From: Amoeboaphelidium occidentale
Taxonomy: Eukaryota
Direction: 5' to 3'
Assembly: GCA_023515795.1 (NCBI GenBank)
Contig: JALGPX010000097.1
Span: 1-54,011 of the forward strand
Length of the DNA: 54,011 nt
In this document: positions 46,758-54,011 of the stretch, piece after piece
Layout of the letters: every line of letters starts with the position of its first letter
Position numbering within the stretch: the stretch's first letter is position 1
Notes under the pieces: generated by a model
Seen by the model: only the letters and a program-made list of their open reading frames with translations
Told to the model about the DNA's origin: nothing
The model's database searches: none
Program-made: the position numbers and the translations under genes

Positions 46758-47216
46758 ATGTCGCTTCAGAGCCTACCACCAGAGTTGCTAGTAATGATCG
46801 CGATGGACCTTCAATTCGAGGATCTTGTCAACTTTCAGAGATCGAGCGCGATTGCTTTAGCTGCAACATGTGATGTTTCTTTTTACTGCCATTACTTAAC
46901 AAAAATTTCTACCTATGATACTATAAATATGGCCTACTTTTATAAAGAAAGGATACCGAATTTTAAGGAGGTTTTGGAGCGGCTAATGGAAAACAAATAC
47001 GAATTTTCTGCATTCTTTTACACCAATTCGTACAAGAAGCTGGATGATGATGATGTATGGATCGCGGAGAGTGAGAATGAGACTGAACTTGAACGCATAG
47101 GCCGTGAAATTGGTGACGCTTTTGCATCTTCTGCTTATGATCTTACGTCCTTTTCAGACATAATTAACGATGTATTGCAAGAGGCAGTTAGGGGCGTAAG
47201 GTTGTTTATTGAATAA
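46758..47216 (+). pseudogene. F-box protein truncated by the telomere-seeded element
   Basis: F-box motif SLQSLPPELLVMIAMDL..EDLVNF. The last ~10 codons (VRGVRLFIE*) come from GTTAGGG plus element sequence. Confidence 0.65.
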
Positions 47217-48960
47217 ATATGCTTGTACATAAGTAACAATTCCAACAGGCTGCGAACACAGAAACCAGATGTTTGATCTGATCACTATATCGGGCCTGGA
47301 GTAAAAAAACTTAAATTGTCCGAGTGAGAAACTTCTTGTAACAACCTGAAACATCTCCAGCTTTACCTCAGTAACCTTCCAGCGCGACTACTGTGAAGAC
47401 ACAGTATAGAACCTCGATTGGAGGAGGGAGATAAATATGGAAAAACTCCCCTATCTGTGTGGTGCCATATTGGCGTCCATTGAGGATTAAAGGGTATAGT
47501 GAAAAATCAGTGTATCTCTTGAGATCACCGCATTAAAAACTATGAGTGAGCAGTGTATCACGGTACCTCTTCCGATCAATTGGATCATGGAGGATGAAAG
47601 GAAAGAACAGTAGCGTAACAAACCTCCCCGTGAACTGCTTGTATCTTTGCTGCTTCAGTGAAAAGGTTTCTAGGTAGGAGAGTTGCTCTTACTTCAGAAT
47701 CCCGAACTAATTGAAGTTCTGGCGTGACAAGTCTTAAGGATAGATGTGATGAAACAGACTCATCGGAGTCATAGATATCACAGGCTCGTTGGAACTAAGT
47801 GGTGTGTTGTGTCTTACAGATAGAGAAACCTATTTAATAGCACTTGGAATAAATTGGCTTCAAAGGACTGGTGTTTTACTTCATCGCTCAATAAATTGGT
47901 AATCTCGCGAGTCAGATCACCTTCAGTCGCATAAACTTAAGACAATATCATGATAACTGACTTCTAGGTGTTACTTCACAAGGTGATATTGAGGGACATT
48001 GGCCCTTAGAAGTGAAATCTAGAGTTGTTATGATCATTCCATCCTTTGAGACAGAAAGTCACAGGTTACTGTGATAATTCGAGACATTTGACTTTGAATC
48101 GTTCTACCATTGAGTAGAGACTTCACTTCACCTTAACAATGAATGCTGATGAGGAACAGTGATTAAGTCTAGTGTTTTACTTTTGCTGAGAGTGATTGAA
48201 TCTCAACCTCTACTTGAATAGCCATCACAGGGAGCAGCTCCGAAATTGTATATATAACATAACCAAAAGTCTAACAGTAGCTGAAACTGTGCCCATTAAC
48301 TATGAATATTTAAGCACAGCTAGAATAAATCACAAATAAGTTTGAATCTCAACAGTTTTGACTGTAGTGCTCGGCGCGAATACAGCTCTTTGATTTAAGG
48401 ATTTGAGCGTCGATTCNAAATTGTATATATAACATAACAAAAAGTCTAACAGTAGCTGAAACTGTGCCCATTAACTATGAATATTTAAGCACAGCTAGAA
48501 TAAATCACAAATAAGTTTGAATCTCAACAGTTTTGACTGTAGTGCTCGGCGCGAATACAGCTCTTTGATTTAAGGATTTGAGCGTCGATTCTTTCGGTGC
48601 TGTTGTAATTACACCATTAATTAAATCTATGAAAGTTAAGTGTTTAGTTTAAATACAAGGATTAAAATGACTTTTATCGAGTTATCATGCCATTTTTTGA
48701 GTGTATGGTAGAGTGCAATTCATACTTGTACTCCACATTTTTAAAACTGAATATATAAACAGCGTTATGGAACGCTTTGTTCAAATTATAATATGTGTTG
48801 TTTTTACTTATGACATGGGTAAGTAAAGCTTATACACTTATCAGCACCATCCACATCAACGAGCATCTCCTCGATAGACTATCTGTCACAATTACTTGAT
48901 ACAGAGCAGCATAACCGAGTAAATTCCGCTCAAACAACCTCTCGATCAGAGATAGTCATA
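47187..48960. mobile_element. Longest copy of the telomere-seeded non-coding element (distal boundary approximate)
   Basis: Starts GTTAGGG-GCGTAAGGTTGTTTATTGAATAAA. Aligns with 53615-54011 up to about 47578, and 48845-48960 aligns with 53212-53330. No ORF of 60 aa or more in 47355-48967. Confidence 0.65.
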
Positions 48961-50079
48961 TGATTATATGAGAAGAAAATCTTCGACATGCAGCTTAAGA
49001 TCATCCTTCTTCTCCTTCTGTAAGTTTTCTATCTCGTTCGAAGTACATTATTTCTGTAATTCTTTGCGTGAAAAATCTAAGCCATTTGCTGACTTTTCTA
49101 TATCTCTAGGGAAAGTTATAACAGTTTTATACTATGCTGATACTCAGAGATGTGGAATGAAATTGTGTTCATCTAGCTACTACTGGAGATATTGGATGGT
49201 TAAGTGATCAAACATGCTGGGACAAGATAAGAAGCAACTTGCGATGTCAAGAGATGTAAGAATCTTAGATGCGCTACAAAAGCCTCGTAACAATGATGAC
49301 TTATACTTACAAAGACATGATTTTGACCCCAGTTTCAGCTTGGATTCACTAATCACACATTATCCTGGCTACAATAAGATAATCAACGCCATGTTTCACT
49401 AGGACAGAATCAAAANCAACCTCTCGATCAGAGATAGTCATATGATTATATGAGAAGAAAATCTTTGACATGCAGCTTAAGATCATCCTTCTTCTCCTTC
49501 TGTAAGTTTTCTATATCGTTCGAACCACAATATTTCTGTAATTCTTTGCGTGAAAAATCTAAGCCATTTGCTGACTTTTCTATATCTCTAGGGAAAGTTA
49601 TAACAGTTTTATACTATGCTGATACTCAGAGATGTGGAATGAAATTGTGTTCATCTAGCTACTACTGGAGATATTGGATGGTTAAGTGATCAAACATGCT
49701 GGGACAAGATAAGAAGCAACTTGCGATGTCAAGAGATGTAAGAATCTTAGATGCGCTACAAAAGCCTCGTAACAATGATGACTTATACTTACAAAGACAT
49801 GATTTTGACCCCAGTTTCAGCTTGGATTCACTAATCACACATTATCCTGGCTACAATAAAATATTCAATGCCATGTTTCACTAGGACAGAATCAAAATGG
49901 CTTGAAACCGGTGGGAAAACCATTAAGATTTCGTGAAAAGAAGAAAGATTCTACTTGGATGTAACCTCGTGATGTGGTTGAATCCAATCAAATTGCGATT
50001 CACTCCTTAAAATGAAACCACGCTCAGATTCAAAAAAATATAAAAAGCAGAGAATTCTGGCCTTTTTTTCTTTATTGAA

Positions 50080-52372
50080 ATGAAATCTTCACTTTTACGC
50101 TTCATAGTGGGCTCGATGATGCTTTCTTATGCTATCGCTGTCCCGATGCCTGGTTCAGCAGTATCAACTTTTAGAAGAGGTTCTGCACAAGAAGCATCAA
50201 ATGAAGTACAATCGGTACCAGATGCTTTAGGCCCAAACTTCAATAATCATAAGAAGGTGAAACAAAAATGTGGTGCTGACAAGTCTGAAATTCTTCGAAG
50301 CCAACAGTTGTCTGCTGATTTCATTGAAGTTCCAAGGTTTGAAATTTTTACTACAAAAGATGCCAAAAATTTACGTGCTTGCTTAGCAGCAACAAAGTCT
50401 TGGGTTGAAACGCTGAGTACAAGCAAGCCCATCAAAATAGGACTGCTAATTAAGAACGCAAATGAAACAGGCGACTTCCTGATGGATGAAGGGCTGTTTA
50501 ATGAGTCCGCGAAAGTGCGTTTTAGCCTTGACCTCAAAGCGACAGGCGTGGGAAACTTGGAGAAAATCGTTGAAGCATTGAAAGTAAACCCGGCAATTAA
50601 GTCATTGAACTTGAAGTCTAATTCTATTGAAGATGAAGGTGCAAAAAACTTGGCTGAAGCATTGAAGAAGAATACTGCACTGCAATCATTGGACCTGGCG
50701 GAGAATTCTATTGGCCCTGAAGGTGCAAAAAACTTGGCTGAAGCATTGAAGAAGAATACTGCACTNCGTGCTTGCTTAGCAGCAACAAAGTCTTGGGTTG
50801 AAACGCTGAGAACAAGTCAGCCCATCAAAATAGGACTGCTAATTAAGAACGCAAATGAAACAGGCGACTTCCTGAATGATGAAAAGTTGTTCAGTGAATC
50901 CGACAAAGTGCGCTTTAGCCTCGTCCTTAAGGCAATAGGCACGGGAAACTTGGAGAAAATTGTTGAAGCATTGAAAATTAACACGGCAATTAAATCGGTG
51001 GACTTGAGGTCTAATTATGTCGGAGATGCAGGTGCGAAACACTTGGCTGAAGCATTGGAGAAGAATGCTGGACTTCAATCATTGGACTTAGCGTTAAATT
51101 CTATTGGCCCTGCAGGTGCAGAATACTTGGCTGAAGCATTGAAGAAGAATACTGGACTTCAATCATTGGACTTGAGGTCTAATTATATTGGCCCTGCTGG
51201 TGCAAAGGACCTGGCTGATGCATTGAAAGTGAACTCGGCAATTAAGTCATTGGACTTGAGTTCTAATTCTATTGGCCCAGAAGGTGCAAAACATTTCGCT
51301 GATGCATTGACGAACAACACTGGACTTCAATCATTGGCCTTGAGGTATAATTCTATTGAAGATGAAGGTGCGAGATACTTGGCTGAAGCATTGGAGACGA
51401 ATCCTGGACTTGAATCATTGGACTTGAGTTCTAATTCTATTGGCCCAGAAGGTGCAAAAAACTTCGCTGATGCATTGAAGAACAACACTGGACTTCAATC
51501 GGTGGACTTGTGGTCTAATTATATTGGAGATGAAGGTGCAAAGGACCTGGCTGAAGCATTGGNACTTGGCTGAAGCATTGAAGAAGAATACTGCACTTCA
51601 ATCATTGGACATGTGGTATAATTCTATTGGCCCTGCAGGTGCGAAACACTTGGCTGAAGCATTGAAGAAGAATACTGCACTGCAATCATTGGACCTGTGG
51701 TATAATTCTATTGAAGATGAAGGTGCAAAATATTTGGCTGAAGCATTGGAGACGAATACTGGACTTCAATCATTGGACTTGTGGTCCAATTCTATTCGCG
51801 CAGAAGGTGCAAAACACTTGGCCAAATCATTGAGGACTAATACTGCACTGCAATCATTGAACTTGGCGGAGAATTCTATTGGCCCTGCAGGTGCGAAACA
51901 CTTGGCTGAAGCATTGAAGAAGAATACTGCACTTCAATCGTTGGACCTGGGTTATAATTCTATTGAAGCTGCAGGTGCGAAACACTTGGCTGAAGCATTG
52001 AAGAAGAATACTGCACTTCAATCGTTGGACCTGGGTTATAATTCTATTGAAGCTGCAGGTGCGAAACACTTGGCTGAAGCATTGAAGAAGAATACTGGAC
52101 TTCAATCATTGGCCTTGAGGTATAATTTTATTGAAGATGAAGGCGCAAAACACTTGGCTGAAGTTTTGAAGAAAAATACTGCGCTTCAATCATTGGGCTT
52201 GAGTTATAATTCTATTGGACCTGCAGGTGCGAAACACTTGGCTGAAGCATTGAAGAAGAATACTGGACTTCAATCATTGGACTTGGGTTCTAATTATTTT
52301 AGTGATGAAGGCGCGAATGCTCTTAGAAAATCAATTAAAGGGAACAGAAAAATTTTAATAAGTGGAATTTAA
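50080..52372 (+). CDS. Secreted RNI-like (28-aa) leucine-rich-repeat protein; likely a composite of paralogs across N joins
   Basis: Signal peptide MKSSLLRFIVGSMMLSYAIA. Repeats L.SLDL..N.IG..GA..LAEAL..NT. N joins at 50766 and 51563. Confidence 0.75.
50950..52320 (+). repeat. 84-bp tandem coding repeat (LRR units)
   Basis: Recurrent units of form gcaggtgcgaaacacttggctgaagcattgaagaagaatactg...cttcaatcattggac, with near-identical adjacent units around 51890-52095. Confidence 0.9.
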
Positions 52373-53354
52373 TGCAAAATTTATGTTAACTGAATTCCAC
52401 AAATAAATTTATTTTTGACCAAAATAACCGAGAAAANTGGACTTCAATCATTGGACTTTAGGGTTAGGGCGTAAGGTTGTTTATTGAATAGGTTAGGGGC
52501 GTAAGGTTGTTTATTGAATAAATATGCTTGTACATAAGTAACAATTCCAACAGGCTGCGAACACAGAAACCAGATGTTTGATCGTNGCGAAACACTTGGC
52601 TGAAGCATTGAAGAAGAATACTGGACTTCAATCATTGGACTTGGGTTCTAATTATTTTAGTGATGAAGGCGCGAATGCTCTTAGAAAATCAATTAAAGGG
52701 AACAGAAAAATTTTAATAAGTGGAATTTAATGCAAAATTTATGTTAACTGAATTCCACAAATAAATTTATTTTTGACCAAAATAACCGAGAAAAATGAAT
52801 AACGGCCGAGCCCCGCCAAGAATTATGAGACTATGTTCAGGGCCGTAAGGTTGTTTATTGAATAAATATGCTTGTACATAAGTAACAATTCCAACAGGCT
52901 GCGAACACAGAAACCAGATGTTTGATCGTGGCCACTATATCGGGCCTGGAGTAAAAAACTTAAATTGTCCGAGTTGAGAAACTTCTTGTAACAACCGTTA
53001 AACATCTCCAGCTTCACCTCAGTANGACCAAAATAACCGAGAAAAATGAATAACGGCCGAGCCCCGCCAAGAATTTTGAGACTATGTTCAGGGCCGTAAG
53101 GTTGTTTATTGAATAAATATGCTTGTACATAAGTAACAATTCCAACAGGCTGCGAACACAGAAACCAGATGTTTGATCGTGGCCACTATATCGGGCCTGG
53201 AGTAAAAAANCAAAACTATCCACATAAACAAAACTCTCCTCGATAGAAGATCTGCAACAATTGCTTGATACAGAGCAGCATAACCGAGTAAATTCTGTTC
53301 AATCGACCTCTCGATCAGAGACAGTCATATTTCTTCCGAGTAAACACCTTTTCA

Positions 53355-53381
53355 TTAGGGTGTTAGGGTCTTGGTTTAGGG
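53355..53381 (+). repeat. Interstitial telomeric repeats (variant TTAGGG)
   Basis: TTAGGG-TG-TTAGGG-TCTTGGT-TTAGGG. Confidence 0.8.
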
Positions 53382-53601
53382 GCGTAAGGTTGTTTATTGA
53401 ATAAATATGCTTGTACATAAGTAACAATTCCAACAGGCTGCGAACACAGAAACCAGATGTTTGATCTGATCACTATATCGGGCCTGGAGTAAAAAAACTT
53501 AAATTGTCCGAGTTGAGTAACTTCTTGTAACAACCGTTAAACATCTCCAGCTTCACCTCAGTAACCGGTCCAGCGCGACTACTGTGAAGACACAGATTGG
53601 A

Positions 53602-53620
53602 TTAGGGTTTAGGGTTAGGG
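53602..53620 (+). repeat. Interstitial telomeric repeats
   Basis: TTAGGG TTTAGGG TTAGGG between two element copies. Confidence 0.85.
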
Positions 53621-54011
53621 GCGTAAGGTTGTTTATTGAATAAATATGCTTGTACATAAGTAACAATTCCAACAGGCTGCGAACACAGAAACCAGATGTT
53701 TGATCATGGCCACTATATCGGGCCTGGAGTAAAAAACTTAAATTGTCCGAGTTGAGAAACTTCTTGTAACAACCGTTAAACATCTCCAGCTTCACCTCAG
53801 TAACCGTCCAGCGCGACTACTGTGAAGACACAGATTGGAACCTCGTTGGAGGAGAGTGTAAAATATCGAAAAGCACTCCCAACTGTGTGGTGCACTAACG
53901 CGTCCTTTTAATAGGATAAGGGTGATAGAAAAAAAACAGATCTTACTCTTTGAGTAGCTGAAATAAATAACTATCGAATAGTAGTATGATACGGTACCTC
54001 TTTTGTGATCA

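Larger units (their letters stand above)
52458..54011. mobile_element. Head-to-tail array of variably truncated element copies separated by telomeric repeats
   Basis: Copies begin after TTAGGG-like seeds at 52464, 52492, 52835 (GTTCAGGG), 53086 (duplicate across an N), 53376 and 53615. Confidence 0.75.

Noticed and set aside
48140..48180. Hammerhead ribozyme at CTGATGA
   Set aside because: I could not find a properly placed GAAA and stems I-III. No hammerhead, twister or HDV core was identifiable by eye in the element.
48243..49897. Direct repeats 48243-48416/48418-48591 and 48935-49415/49417-49897 as LTRs or tandem duplications
   Set aside because: Each pair is separated by exactly one N, indicating scaffold joins. 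The short plus-strand ORFs inside show no recognisable domain.
52587..53209. Extra LRR 3' ends and element copy at 53086 as true tandem copies
   Set aside because: They are bounded by single Ns (52586, 53025, 53210) and repeat adjacent sequence. Copy number and order are unreliable, although junctions inside N-free segments are still informative.
52823..53795. Minus-strand ORFs MKLEMFNGCYKK... as an element-encoded protein or RT
   Set aside because: Short, non-ATG starts, frame disrupted by indels between copies (A6 vs A7 run) and no RT motifs.
52458..54011. CRISPR array
   Set aside because: Eukaryotic context, long variably truncated repeats, no unique equal-length spacers and no cas genes.

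Overview
Gene-dense eukaryotic DNA with the standard genetic code, very short GT-AG introns (30-48 nt) and convergent genes only a few bp apart. It is most consistent with a zoosporic, early-diverging fungus or aphelid-like organism. That is an inference from a FAM161-like ciliary gene, a complex I NDUFB11/ESSS subunit, LysM proteins and fungal-type housekeeping genes. The left two-thirds mix housekeeping genes (DUS3, TBC GAPs, RFC small subunit, MND1, RAD23, MCFD2-like) with secreted candidate effectors (two LysM proteins, two GH114-like proteins, ricin-B-like lectin, M13 peptidase). Two systems stand out. (1) Four receptor-like kinases built as signal peptide, about 880 aa of extracellular WD40 repeats, one TM helix and a non-RD kinase that stops right after subdomain IX in every paralog. 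(2) The right end is a subtelomere where a non-coding, structured element with compensatory base changes is repeatedly attached to TTAGGG seeds. Its copies share one fixed end, are variably truncated at the other end, and are re-capped with telomeric repeats. One copy truncates an F-box gene and another a LRR gene fragment. This looks like terminal retrotransposition or telomerase-RNA read-through. Several duplications flank N gaps and are probably assembly artefacts.
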